NCBI RefSeq assembly: GCF_012570145.1
Contig: NZ_CP046206.1
Span: forward strand, 182,324 to 214,323
Reading direction: 5' to 3'
DNA length: 32,000 nt
Source: Enterobacteriaceae endosymbiont of Donacia provostii
Lineage (GTDB): Bacteria > Pseudomonadota > Gammaproteobacteria > Enterobacterales > Enterobacteriaceae
Below the pieces are notes generated by a model. That model did no database searches and was not told where the DNA came from. It worked only from the letters and a program-made list of their open reading frames with translations. The position numbers and the translations under genes are program-made. Shown piece by piece: positions 10,632 through 20,185 of this stretch (position 1 is its first letter; each line of letters starts with the position of its first letter).

Positions 10632-12128
10632 CATTGGAAATAAAATAACATCTCTTATTGATTTAGTGTTTGTAAATAACATAACTAATCTGTCTATTCC
10701 TATACCTAATCCAGCTGTAGGAGGTAATCCATATTCTAAAGCTTCTATATAATCTTCATCATAAAAATAATCATTAATATTTTTTTTATTTTTAATAATT
10801 TTATTATTTTGTTGTTGTTGAAATCTCTTTTTTTGTTCTTCAGAATCATTAAGTTCTGAAAAACCATTGGCAATTTCCATACCACAAATAAAAAACTCAA
10901 ATCTATCTGTATATAAAGAATTAGTATCATTACTTCTTGATAAAGGAGAAATTTCAATAGGATATTCTGTAATAAATGTAGGTTCTATAATTTTATGAAT
11001 TATTTTTTCTTCAAAAATTTTAGAAATAATTTTACCTTTATTCCATTCTGGATCAATAGGAATTTTAAGTAAATTAGAAATTTTTATTATTTGATTTATA
11101 TTTTCTAAACTTTGTAAAGAAAAATTAGGATAAAATTTTACGATAGCTTCTTTCATAGTTAATTTATGAAATGAATTATCTAAATTAAAAGAATAACTAT
11201 CATATTTTAGTATGTTACTTTTAAAAATTTTTTTATATATTTTTTTAAATAATTTTTCAAAAAAAATCATTAAATCTTTATAATCCGAATATGCAATATA
11301 TAATTCCATCATAGTAAATTCAGGATTATGTTGAGTTGATATTCCTTCATTACGAAAATTTCTATTAATTTCAAAAATTTTATTAAATCCTCCAATAATC
11401 AAACGTTTTAAATATAATTCTGGAGCAATACGTAAATATATATTAGTATTATATTTATTATGATATGTTATAAAAGGTTTAGCTAAAGCACCACCAGGAA
11501 TAGTATGCATCATTGGTGTTTCTACTTCAATAAAATTATTTTTATTCATAAAATCTCGAATATTTAATATAATTTGATGTCTTTTCTTAAAAATAAAACG
11601 TGTTTGTTTATTAACAATAAGATCTAAATATCTTTTTCTATATTTTATTTCTTTATTTTGTAATCCATGATATTTATCAGGTAATGGTTTTAATGCTTTT
11701 GTTAATAAATAAATTTTTTGACAAAAAATTGATAAAACTTTAGTTTTAGTTTGAAATACGTATCCAATTATACCTATGATATCTCCAAGATCATATTCTT
11801 CTAAAAATTTTTTATATTGGTTAGAAGAAATTCCATTTTGAGATATATAAACTTGCATCTTACCTGTATAATCTTGAATATTAATAAAAGAAGCTTTTCC
11901 CATAATACGCATATTTATTATACGTCCAGCAACATTTAATGTTTTTTTTTCTACAACATTATTTTTATTATTTATAATTTGATTTAAATAATTACATGTA
12001 ATATTAATTTTAAAATTGTTAGGAAAAACTATATTATTATTTTTTTTTAATGTTTTAAATTTTTTATATCTAAATTTTATTTCATTAATATTTTTAATAT
12101 TATTTAATTTATTATCATTTTTATTCAT
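10611..12128 (-). CDS. lysS: lysyl-tRNA synthetase (class II)
   Basis: 505-aa ORF. Contains class II motifs FIEVETPMMH, FRNEG and GLGIGIDRLVMLFT..SIRDVILFP. It lies directly downstream of prfB, the conserved prfB-lysS operon. AAGG Shine-Dalgarno upstream. Confidence 0.95.
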   Translation of the reverse strand: MNKNDNKLNNIKNINEIKFRYKKFKTLKKNNNIVFPNNFKINITCNYLNQIINNKNNVVEKKTLNVAGRIINMRIMGKASFINIQDYTGKMQVYISQNGISSNQYKKFLEEYDLGDIIGIIGYVFQTKTKVLSIFCQKIYLLTKALKPLPDKYHGLQNKEIKYRKRYLDLIVNKQTRFIFKKRHQIILNIRDFMNKNNFIEVETPMMHTIPGGALAKPFITYHNKYNTNIYLRIAPELYLKRLIIGGFNKIFEINRNFRNEGISTQHNPEFTMMELYIAYSDYKDLMIFFEKLFKKIYKKIFKSNILKYDSYSFNLDNSFHKLTMKEAIVKFYPNFSLQSLENINQIIKISNLLKIPIDPEWNKGKIISKIFEEKIIHKIIEPTFITEYPIEISPLSRSNDTNSLYTDRFEFFICGMEIANGFSELNDSEEQKKRFQQQQNNKIIKNKKNINDYFYDEDYIEALEYGLPPTAGLGIGIDRLVMLFTNTKSIRDVILFPMLRPIRI

Positions 12129-12147
12129 AATATTAAACCTTATGTTT

Positions 12148-13243
12148 TTATAAACCTAATTTTAAACTAGCTTGAATAAATTGATCTAAATTACCATCTA
12201 ATACAGATTGTACATCATTAACTTCTATACCTGTTCTTATATCTTTTATTCTTGAATCATCTAATATATAAGAACGTATCTGATAACCCCAACTAATATT
12301 AAATTTATTTTCTTCTATTTTCTTTTTTTTTTTTTGTTTTATTTTATTATTTAATTCATATAATTTACATTTTATTTGTTTTATAGCTTGATATTTATTT
12401 TTATGCTGTGATCTATTACTTTGACATTGAGTAACTAATCCAGTAGGAATATGTGTAATACGTACAGCAGATTCTGTACGGTTTACATGTTGTCCTCCTG
12501 CACCAGAAGCTCTATATACATCAATACGTAGATCTTCCATTTTTATTAAAATATCTATATCATCTTTAATTTCAGGATATATAAAAGTTGAAGCAAAAGA
12601 AGTATGTCTTCTGCCTGAAGAATGAAAAGGATTTTTTCTAACTAAACGATGAATACCACTTTCTGTACGAAGCCATCCAAAAGCATATTTTCCAATAATA
12701 TGAATAGTAGATGATTTAATTCCTATTTCTCCTGAAGATTTATTTATTATATTTACTTGATATTTTTTTTTTATTGCCCATTTTAAATACATTTTCATTA
12801 TTATTTTAGCCCAATCTTGAGATTCCACACCACCGGATCCAGATTGAATATCTATAAAACAATTTTTTTTATCATATTTCTTAAAAAAAAATTTTTGTAA
12901 TTTTAAATTATTTATTTTTTTTTCTATTTGAAATAAAATTTTTATAGATTCTATTAATATTTTTTTGTCATTAGAATAAATTGCTAAATTAATTAATTCA
13001 TCAATATCAATAATATCTTTATTAATATTATCTAAATTTAATAAAATACTTTCTATCTTGGCTTTTTTTTTATTTAGAGAAAGTAAATCATTTATATTTT
13101 TCCAAATGATTGGATTTTGTAATTTTTTTTTTATTTTTAATAATTGTTTTTGATATTTTTTATAATTAAAGTAACCTCCTAATAAAAATATTTTTTTTTT
13201 TTATTTCTTTTAATTTATTTTGTATAAAAATATTTTCTAACAT
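12148..13243 (-). CDS. prfB: peptide chain release factor 2, requiring a +1 programmed ribosomal frameshift
   Basis: The ORF track shows only 12148..12828. Frame 0 runs from ATG at 13243-13241 for 25 codons (MLENIFIQNKLKEIKKKNIFIRRLL) to an in-frame TAA at 13168-13166. Frame +1 starts at 13167 and runs in frame with the tracked ORF. The +1 frame reads NYKKYQKQLL...DIQSGSGGVESQDW...SGAGGQHVNRTESAVRITHIPTG...SPF region. The GGQ motif is present. The 25-codon first segment matches the E. coli layout. Confidence 0.9.
13166..13180 (-). promoter_or_regulatory. RF2 +1 frameshift cassette: internal SD AGGAGG, 3-nt spacer, CTT slippery codon, in-frame TAA
   Basis: The minus strand reads AGG AGG TTA CTT TAA T. 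The E. coli cassette is AGG GGG TAT CTT TGA C. Spacing and position (codon 26) are identical, but the stop is TAA rather than TGA. Confidence 0.85.
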
Positions 13244-13386
13244 AATAAATCCTTAATATTTAAAAAAATAATATTAAATAAAATTTAAATATTAATTTTA
13301 ATAAATATACTTATTATATAAATAATGATTAATAATTTATAGTTGGATATGATAATAAATTAAAATTTTATTAATTTAAATAAAAT

Positions 13387-13459
13387 TGGCCCTTGTTGGA
13401 TTTGAACCAACGACCTAACGATTATGAGTCGTTTGCTCTAACCCCTGAGCTAAAGGGCC
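13387..13459 (-). tRNA. ileX: tRNA with anticodon CAT, most likely tRNA-Ile2 (lysidine-modified, AUA-reading) rather than elongator tRNA-Met
   Basis: The reverse strand reads GGCCCTTTAGCTCAGGGGTTAGAGCAAACGACTCATAATCGTTAGGTCGTTGGTTCAAATCCAACAAGGGCCA. It forms a clean cloverleaf. The acceptor stem GGCCC.. (C4, C5) and the anticodon arm resemble E. coli ileX far more than metT, from memory. Confidence 0.75.
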
Positions 13460-13514
13460 TATTGTTATATTATTATATATTTTAATATATATTTCAATGA
13501 AATTTATTACTTTT

Positions 13515-14969
13515 TTAATTTAATAAATATAATTCTTTATCTTTTCTTAAAATATTTAATAATATTAATGATGGATGTTTATTTAAAATTTTTTCAAGAT
13601 CTTTTATATTATATATATTATTTTTATTAATTCCTATTATTATATCATCTTTTTTTAAACCTATTAATGAAGCAGGTGAATTAGGTGTTATTTTAATAAC
13701 TTTTACTCCAGTTTTAATTTTTTTATAAAAAATAAAATATTTCTTTTTTAAAGAAATATTTTCTAAATATGCACCTTCAATACCATAATACATTTTATTT
13801 TCATTAGAAAATTTATTTTTACAAAAATTATTTAATTTTAATTTTATTATTTGAAATTTTTTATTTCTTATAATTCCTAATTTAATAATAGAACCATACA
13901 TTAAAGTACTTATTTTAGCCTTTAATAAAGCATAACTATTGATTTTTTTATTATTTAGTGTAATTATAATATCTCCAGGTTTTAATATATTATTATTAGG
14001 TGAGATTACTTCACGTATAAAAGTTCCTTTAAATATATTAGGTATTTTCATTACTCTTGATATTTGTGGATCAAGTTCTACACCATATATTCCTAAAGAA
14101 CCTCTTTTTATTTTTCCAAATTTAATAAATTGATTTACTAAATTTATTACTGTATTACTTGGTATTGCAAAACCAATTCCAATATTTCCTTCATTAGGAG
14201 TTAAAATAGCTGTATTTATACCAATTAAATCTCCATTTAGATTAACTAATGCTCCACCAGAACTACCTTTATTAATAGCAGCATCTGTTTGTATAAAATT
14301 TTCAAAATTTTCAATATTAATTCCAGTACGTCCTAATCCTGATATAATTCCTGATGAAACACTTTCACCTAAACCATATGGATTACCTATTGCTATAGTA
14401 TAATCTCCAACTTTTAGTTCATCAGAATTAGCTATTTTAACACTTTTTAAATTTCCAGTTTTATTTTTTATTTGGATTAATGCTAAATCTGTTTTTGGAT
14501 CTTGTATTAAAATCTTAGCTTCATAAATTTTACCATTATTTAATTCTACAGAAATATAATCTGCATGATCTATAACATGATTATTAGTAATAATTAAACC
14601 CTTTTTTGAATTTATAATTACTCCTGATCCAATAGAATGAAATTTTTGCTGAAGAATATTATCATTATTTCCACAAATAGGAGTATTTTCATATGGTGAT
14701 CCTTCTTTACAAAGAGAAAATTTTTCATTTAAATATTCTTGTACATTTTGTGGTAATTTAAATTGTGATATAAAAGTACTACCTTGTACATTAATATTAA
14801 CAACAGAAGGAGTTACTTTTGATAAAATTATGGATAAACTTGGTAATGAGTAATTATTCCATTTTTTAAATATATTAAATGGTAATAATTGTGCATTAAT
14901 ATTTTGTGATGTATATATAAAATTACTAATTAAAAAAAATATATAAAAAATTATTTTTAATTTTTTCAT
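13515..14969 (-). CDS. degP: periplasmic serine endoprotease/chaperone DegP (HtrA family, two PDZ domains)
   Basis: 484-aa ORF with an N-terminal signal peptide (MKKLKIIFYIFFLISNFIYT). Triad contexts are TNNHVIDHAD, DLALIQI and GSSGGALVN. The Cys-flanked LA-loop segment CKEGSPYENTPIC is typical of DegP rather than DegQ or DegS. Confidence 0.9.
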   Translation of the reverse strand: MKKLKIIFYIFFLISNFIYTSQNINAQLLPFNIFKKWNNYSLPSLSIILSKVTPSVVNINVQGSTFISQFKLPQNVQEYLNEKFSLCKEGSPYENTPICGNNDNILQQKFHSIGSGVIINSKKGLIITNNHVIDHADYISVELNNGKIYEAKILIQDPKTDLALIQIKNKTGNLKSVKIANSDELKVGDYTIAIGNPYGLGESVSSGIISGLGRTGINIENFENFIQTDAAINKGSSGGALVNLNGDLIGINTAILTPNEGNIGIGFAIPSNTVINLVNQFIKFGKIKRGSLGIYGVELDPQISRVMKIPNIFKGTFIREVISPNNNILKPGDIIITLNNKKINSYALLKAKISTLMYGSIIKLGIIRNKKFQIIKLKLNNFCKNKFSNENKMYYGIEGAYLENISLKKKYFIFYKKIKTGVKVIKITPNSPASLIGLKKDDIIIGINKNNIYNIKDLEKILNKHPSLILLNILRKDKELYLLN

Positions 14970-15213
14970 AAAAAAATCTCATAATAAAATTTTTTCAATA
15001 TAATTATATAAAAATTTTTTAATTTATATTTTTAATATAAAAAATAAAAAATTCATATTATAATTGGATTTATCAATTAAGTATTTATTTAAAATAAATA
15101 ATTATTATTTATTTTAATTTTATAAAAATACAAAGTTTTTTAAATATAATTTTTTTACAAATTATTATACTTAATATAATATAAATTTTATTTTATATAA
15201 AGTTTAAATATAT

Positions 15214-15882
15214 ATGATGAATAAATTAAAAAATATTGCATCTAAAGCAGCAATAAAATATATTAAAAATAATAATATTATAGGTATTGGTTCAGGTACT
15301 ACAATATCTAAATTTATTGAAATTTTATATAGTGAAAACAAAAATATAAAAGGTGTGGTATCTGCATCTAAATATTCAACAAAAAAATTAAAAAAATATA
15401 ATTTTAATGTTTATGAAATTAATAAAATAAATAAAATTGGGATATATTTTGATAGTGCTGATGAAGTTAATGATAAAATGCAAATGATAAAGGGAGGAGG
15501 AGCAGCATTAACAAATGAAAAAATTATATCTAATTATGCAGATATTTTTATTTGTATTATTGATCAATCTAAATATGTAAAAAATTTAGGTATATCACAT
15601 CCTGTTCCTATTGAAATTATACCTTCTGCAAAAACTTTTATTACTAGAAAATTATCACATATAGGAGCTATAGCAAAATTAAGAAAAAAAACAATTACAG
15701 AACATGGTAATTTAATATTAGATGTATACAAATTAAATTTATATAATCCTATTAAAACAGAAAAATATATAAATACTATTCCTGGAGTTGTAACTGTTGG
15801 ATTATTTGCACAAAGATGTGCTGATATAGTTATTATAGGAAAATATAATTCTACTGTATCAATTATAAACAAAAAAATTTAA
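15214..15882 (+). CDS. rpiA: ribose-5-phosphate isomerase A
   Basis: 222-aa ORF. Contains GIGSGTT, YFDSADEV, MIKGGGAALTNEKI and IPGVVTVGLFA. There are two adjacent ATGs, at 15214 and 15217, and either could be the start. Confidence 0.92.
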   Translation: MMNKLKNIASKAAIKYIKNNNIIGIGSGTTISKFIEILYSENKNIKGVVSASKYSTKKLKKYNFNVYEINKINKIGIYFDSADEVNDKMQMIKGGGAALTNEKIISNYADIFICIIDQSKYVKNLGISHPVPIEIIPSAKTFITRKLSHIGAIAKLRKKTITEHGNLILDVYKLNLYNPIKTEKYINTIPGVVTVGLFAQRCADIVIIGKYNSTVSIINKKI

Positions 15883-15923
15883 AACTTTTCTTTTAATTTA
15901 AACATATGAATTTATAAAAATAT

Positions 15924-16754
15924 ATGCAAATAAAATTTACTAAAATGCATGCATTAGGTAATGATTTTATCATTATAAATAATATAAAAAATAATCTTAT
16001 TTTTAAAAAAAATATTATTCAAAAATTATCTAATAGATATTTAGGTATAGGTTTTGATCAACTATTATTAATTGAATCATCATATAATAAAAATATTGAT
16101 TTTAATTATAGAATCTTTAATGCAGATGGTAATGAAGTAGAACAATGTGGTAATGGAGCACGTTGTATTGCATTATACCTAAAAATAAAAAAATTAATTT
16201 TTAAAAAAAAAATATGTGTAAGTACAAAAAATCGTGTAATACATTTACAAATTATAAATGATAAAAAAATTTCTGTAAATATGGGAATTCCATTATTTAA
16301 TCCTCAAGATATACCATTTTTAACTAATAATATTAAAAATACCTATAAAATTTATTTTAAAAATAAATACATTTATTTTAATGTTGTTTCTTTAGGTAAT
16401 CCTCATTGTATAATTCAGGTTGATGATATATTAAATACTTCTATATCAGAAATAGGTTTTTTTTTAGAGAATCATAAAATTTTTCCTAATAAAATTAATG
16501 TAGGTTTTATGAAATGTATTAATATGAATAATATTCAATTAAGAGTTTTTGAAAGAGGTGTAGGAGAAACTAATGCTTGTGGTTCAGGAGCATGTGCAGC
16601 AGTAGCAGTCGGAATCAAAAAAAATTTTTTATCTCACAAAGTATGTGTTAATCTTCCTGGAGGAAATATATTTATCCATTGGAAAGGATATAAAAATAAT
16701 TTATTTATGATAGGAGATGCTAATTATGTTTACGATGGAAAATTTATATTATAG
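15924..16754 (+). CDS. dapF: diaminopimelate epimerase
   Basis: 276-aa ORF. Contains FTKMHALGNDF, YRIFNADGNEVEQCGNGARC, GNPHCI and ETNACGSGACAA. Both catalytic Cys contexts are present. Confidence 0.94.
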   Translation: MQIKFTKMHALGNDFIIINNIKNNLIFKKNIIQKLSNRYLGIGFDQLLLIESSYNKNIDFNYRIFNADGNEVEQCGNGARCIALYLKIKKLIFKKKICVSTKNRVIHLQIINDKKISVNMGIPLFNPQDIPFLTNNIKNTYKIYFKNKYIYFNVVSLGNPHCIIQVDDILNTSISEIGFFLENHKIFPNKINVGFMKCINMNNIQLRVFERGVGETNACGSGACAAVAVGIKKNFLSHKVCVNLPGGNIFIHWKGYKNNLFMIGDANYVYDGKFIL

Positions 16755-16799
16755 TACATTTTTTATAAAAAAAATGTTTTAATTATGGCATTTCAATAA

Positions 16800-18998
16800 A
16801 TGAAAAATATAGATTTACTAAAAAATTTAAATAATAAACAAAAAGAAGTAGTATCTGAAAATAGAAAAAATTTATTAATATTAGCAGGTGCTGGTAGTGG
16901 TAAAACTCTAGTATTAATTCGTAGAATCGCTTGGTTAATTTATAAGGAAAATTGTTCTCCAAAATCTATTTTAGCAGTAACTTTTACAAATAAAGCTGCA
17001 TTAGAAATAAAAAATAGAATTAAATCATTATTAACAAATACAATTCAGAATAATAATATCTGGATAGGTACTTTTCATAGTTTCGCTTATTATTTATTAA
17101 GAATACATTATTCAAATGTAGGATTAACAAAAAATTTTCAAATTATAGATAATTATGATCAAAAAATTATTATTAAAAGAATTTTAAAAAAATTATCTCT
17201 AAAAGATAAAATTTATTCTGTAGATAATATTTTAAAATATATAAACAATATAAAAAATAATTTATTTAATAAATATATTTACAAAAATAATTTATATAAT
17301 ATTAATTTATCTAAAATTTATAATGAATATCAACAATTTTGTAAAGTAACAGAAGTTATTGATTTTAATGAATTAATATTTTATTTATATAAATTATTTT
17401 TAGATAATCCTAATATATTAAAAATATATCAAAAAAGATTTCAAAATATTTTAATAGATGAATTTCAAGATACTAATGATATACAATATAAATGCATATC
17501 TTTATTATATAATAAAAATTATGACACAAAAATTGTTCTTGTAGGTGATGATGATCAATCTATTTATGGATGGAGAGGAGCTAAAATTAATAATATTAAT
17601 CGTTTTTTACAAGAATTTGATAAAGTAAAAGTAATATTTTTAGAACAAAATTATCGTTCTACTTCTAATATTTTAGAAGTAGCAAATAAATTAATTTCTT
17701 ATAATAATAGTAGATTAAAAAAAAAATTATGGACAAATTCAAGTCACGGAGATCTTATTACTATATATTATGCATTAAATGAATTTGATGAAGCTGAATA
17801 TATTGCTAAATATATAAAACAAAAATTTACTATAAAAAAAAGTAAATTAAATAATTTTGCAATTTTATATAGAAATAATTCACAATCTCGTATTATTGAA
17901 GAAACTATGGTAAAATTTTCTATACCATATAAGATATATGGCGGTATACAGTTTTTTGAACGTCAAGAAATAAAAAATATTTTATCTTATTTAAGATTAA
18001 TATTAAATCATAATGATGATAGTTCTTTTGAAAGAATAATAAATATTCCTAAAAGAGGTATTGGTCATAATACATTAAATGTTATAAAAGATATTGCTAA
18101 TAAATATTCATTAACATTATGGAAATCTAGTTTATATATAATACAAAATAAAAATAGTATAAATACCATATCTTTAAATTCATTAAAAAAATTTATTTCT
18201 TTAATTATATCTTTAAAAAAAGATATAAAAACTCAAATATTATCTAAAATTATTAAAAAAACTATAAAAAAATCTGGACTATGGGATATGTATAATAAAA
18301 ATTGTTTATTTGAAAAAGATAATACAAAAATTAATAATTTAAGAGAATTTATTAATGCTTCTAAACAATTTTCAAAAAAAACATTACAAAATAATTTAGA
18401 ATTAAATAATAAATATATAAATATAGAAAAGAATAATATTCTTACAGATTTTCTTTCTCAAACTTTATTATTTAATGATAATATAAATAAAAACAATGAT
18501 AAAAAAGATAATTATATACAACTAATGACTATTCACGCTTCTAAAGGTTTAGAATTTTCTGAAGTTTTTATTATTGGTATGGAAGAAGGAATTTTTCCTA
18601 ATAAAATATCTTTTAATGAAAATTTAATAAATGAAGAAAGACGTTTAGCATATGTAGGAATTACAAGGGCAAAAAATAAATTATTTTTAACTCATACAAA
18701 AAAAAGATTTTTATATGGTAAAAAGATTAATTGTATACCATCAAGATTTATTAGTGAATTACCAAAAAATTATATAGAAAATATTAATTATATAGAAAAT
18801 ATTAATATTTTATCAAAAGAAGAAAAATTTTTTATAAAAAAAAAACATTTTATAGGACAATTAATTTATCATAAAATTTTTGGTCAAGGAATAATTATAA
18901 AAATAGAAATTCTTAAAAATAATGAAAAATTACAAATTAAGTTTGATAATAAAATAATAAAATGGATAATGTCTGATTATATAGAATCTTTCGTATAA
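16800..18998 (+). CDS. uvrD: DNA helicase II (UvrD, SF1A)
   Basis: 732-aa ORF. Contains the Walker A AGAGSGKT, plus DEFQDTN, YRS, TIHASKGLEF and VGITRA. The C-terminal tail GQLIYHKIFGQGII..IKW matches the UvrD C-terminal domain, which Rep lacks. The dapF...uvrD...corA order matches E. coli. Confidence 0.88.
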   Translation: MKNIDLLKNLNNKQKEVVSENRKNLLILAGAGSGKTLVLIRRIAWLIYKENCSPKSILAVTFTNKAALEIKNRIKSLLTNTIQNNNIWIGTFHSFAYYLLRIHYSNVGLTKNFQIIDNYDQKIIIKRILKKLSLKDKIYSVDNILKYINNIKNNLFNKYIYKNNLYNINLSKIYNEYQQFCKVTEVIDFNELIFYLYKLFLDNPNILKIYQKRFQNILIDEFQDTNDIQYKCISLLYNKNYDTKIVLVGDDDQSIYGWRGAKINNINRFLQEFDKVKVIFLEQNYRSTSNILEVANKLISYNNSRLKKKLWTNSSHGDLITIYYALNEFDEAEYIAKYIKQKFTIKKSKLNNFAILYRNNSQSRIIEETMVKFSIPYKIYGGIQFFERQEIKNILSYLRLILNHNDDSSFERIINIPKRGIGHNTLNVIKDIANKYSLTLWKSSLYIIQNKNSINTISLNSLKKFISLIISLKKDIKTQILSKIIKKTIKKSGLWDMYNKNCLFEKDNTKINNLREFINASKQFSKKTLQNNLELNNKYINIEKNNILTDFLSQTLLFNDNINKNNDKKDNYIQLMTIHASKGLEFSEVFIIGMEEGIFPNKISFNENLINEERRLAYVGITRAKNKLFLTHTKKRFLYGKKINCIPSRFISELPKNYIENINYIENINILSKEEKFFIKKKHFIGQLIYHKIFGQGIIIKIEILKNNEKLQIKFDNKIIKWIMSDYIESFV
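18768..18803 (+). repeat. 18-bp direct duplication inside uvrD (AATTATATAGAAAATATT x2, encoding NYIENI NYIENI)
   Basis: Two identical adjacent 18-nt units, read directly from the sequence. The duplication is in frame. Confidence 0.9.
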
Positions 18999-19080
18999 TA
19001 ATTTATATTATTTTTTTAAATAAAATATGTATTAAAATTTTTTTGTTTGTTATTTATATATATCCTAATCAGGAGTTATT

Positions 19081-20034
19081 ATGTTAAATGCATATAAAAT
19101 ATATAATAAATATCTAATTCATTTTAAACTAAATCATAATTTAGATAATCTTATAGATGCAATATGGATTGATTTAATTAATCCAGAAAATTATGAAAGA
19201 AAAAAAATATATCATTTACTTGAACAAAATTTAGCTACTAGACCAGAATTGATAGATATAGAAGCATCGGCAAGATTTTTTGAAAATCAAGAAGGATTAC
19301 ATATTCATTCATTTTTCTTTTACAAAGAAAAAAATAAACATGCTAGTACTACTACTGTTGCATTTACAATTAAAAATAATAGATTATATACGTTACGAGA
19401 AAAAGAATTACCTGTTTTTCGTTTATATAGAATACGTATGCATAATCATCGTATGTTTTATGGTAATCCTTATGAATTATTGTTAGATATATTGGATACT
19501 AAAATTGAACAATTAGCAGATGAAATTGAAAATATATATAGTGATTTAGAAGCACTAAGTTGTATTATTATGAAAGGTCATCAAAATGAAGAATTTGATA
19601 ATGCACTTTCTACTTTAGCTGAATTAGAAGATATTGGATGGAAAGTGAGATTATGTTTAATGGATACACAAAGAGCAGTTAATTTTTTAATGAGAAAAAC
19701 TAGATTACCACATAATCAAATAAAACAAGCAAGAGAAATTTCTAGAGACATTGAATCACTATTACCACATAATGAATCACTTTTTCAAAAAGTAAATTTT
19801 CTAGTACAAGCGGCTATGGGATTTATAAATATAGAACAAAATAGAATTATTAAAATATTTTCATTAGTATCTGTAATTTTTTTACCTCCAACTTTAGTTG
19901 CTTCTAATTATGGCATGAATTTTACATTTTTACCAGAATTAAAATGGAAATATGGATATATTTATGCTGTTATTATAATGATAGTTTCAGCTTTAGCTCC
20001 ATATTTTTATTTTAAACAAAAAAAATGGTTATAA
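19081..20034 (+). CDS. corA: magnesium/cobalt transporter CorA
   Basis: 317-aa ORF with the YGMNF signature. Long blocks appear identical to E. coli CorA from memory: [83 protein letters not shown] Shine-Dalgarno at 19071-19075. Confidence 0.95.
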   Translation: MLNAYKIYNKYLIHFKLNHNLDNLIDAIWIDLINPENYERKKIYHLLEQNLATRPELIDIEASARFFENQEGLHIHSFFFYKEKNKHASTTTVAFTIKNNRLYTLREKELPVFRLYRIRMHNHRMFYGNPYELLLDILDTKIEQLADEIENIYSDLEALSCIIMKGHQNEEFDNALSTLAELEDIGWKVRLCLMDTQRAVNFLMRKTRLPHNQIKQAREISRDIESLLPHNESLFQKVNFLVQAAMGFINIEQNRIIKIFSLVSVIFLPPTLVASNYGMNFTFLPELKWKYGYIYAVIIMIVSALAPYFYFKQKKWL

Positions 20035-20153
20035 ATTAAATTATTAGTAATTTATTATTTTTTAAAAAATTTTATATAAAATATATATGATTTACATAAA
20101 TAAATATTTTTTAAAATCAAAATTATATTTTATTAATTTAACAAGATTAAAAT

Positions 20154-20185
20154 ATAGGTAAATTACATTAAATATATTTACCTAT
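20154..20185. repeat. inverted repeat, 10-bp stem and 12-nt loop (ATAGGTAAAT...ATTTACCTAT); possible weak corA terminator
   Basis: Read directly from the sequence. It lies about 120 nt downstream of the corA stop. It contains two of the few G/C pairs in this spacer. There is no clean U-tract, so function is uncertain. Confidence 0.3.

Noticed and set aside
10745-10957. 70-aa minus-strand ORF.
   Set aside because: It is an alternative frame inside lysS and has a low-complexity K/I/L composition.
13939-14133. 64-aa plus-strand ORF.
   Set aside because: It is antisense inside degP.
15564-15872. 102-aa minus-strand ORF.
   Set aside because: It is antisense inside rpiA. Stop-poor antisense frames of this kind are common in conserved genes, and it has no motifs.
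16756-16777. 9-bp stem hairpin (ACATTTTTT ataa AAAAAATGT) followed by TTT after dapF, as a possible terminator.
   Set aside because: It has only one G:C pair and would be very unstable. A/T palindromes of this size are expected by chance at this base composition. I am not confident enough to call it a feature.
19280-19486. 68-aa plus-strand ORF.
   Set aside because: It is an alternative frame inside the strongly conserved corA.
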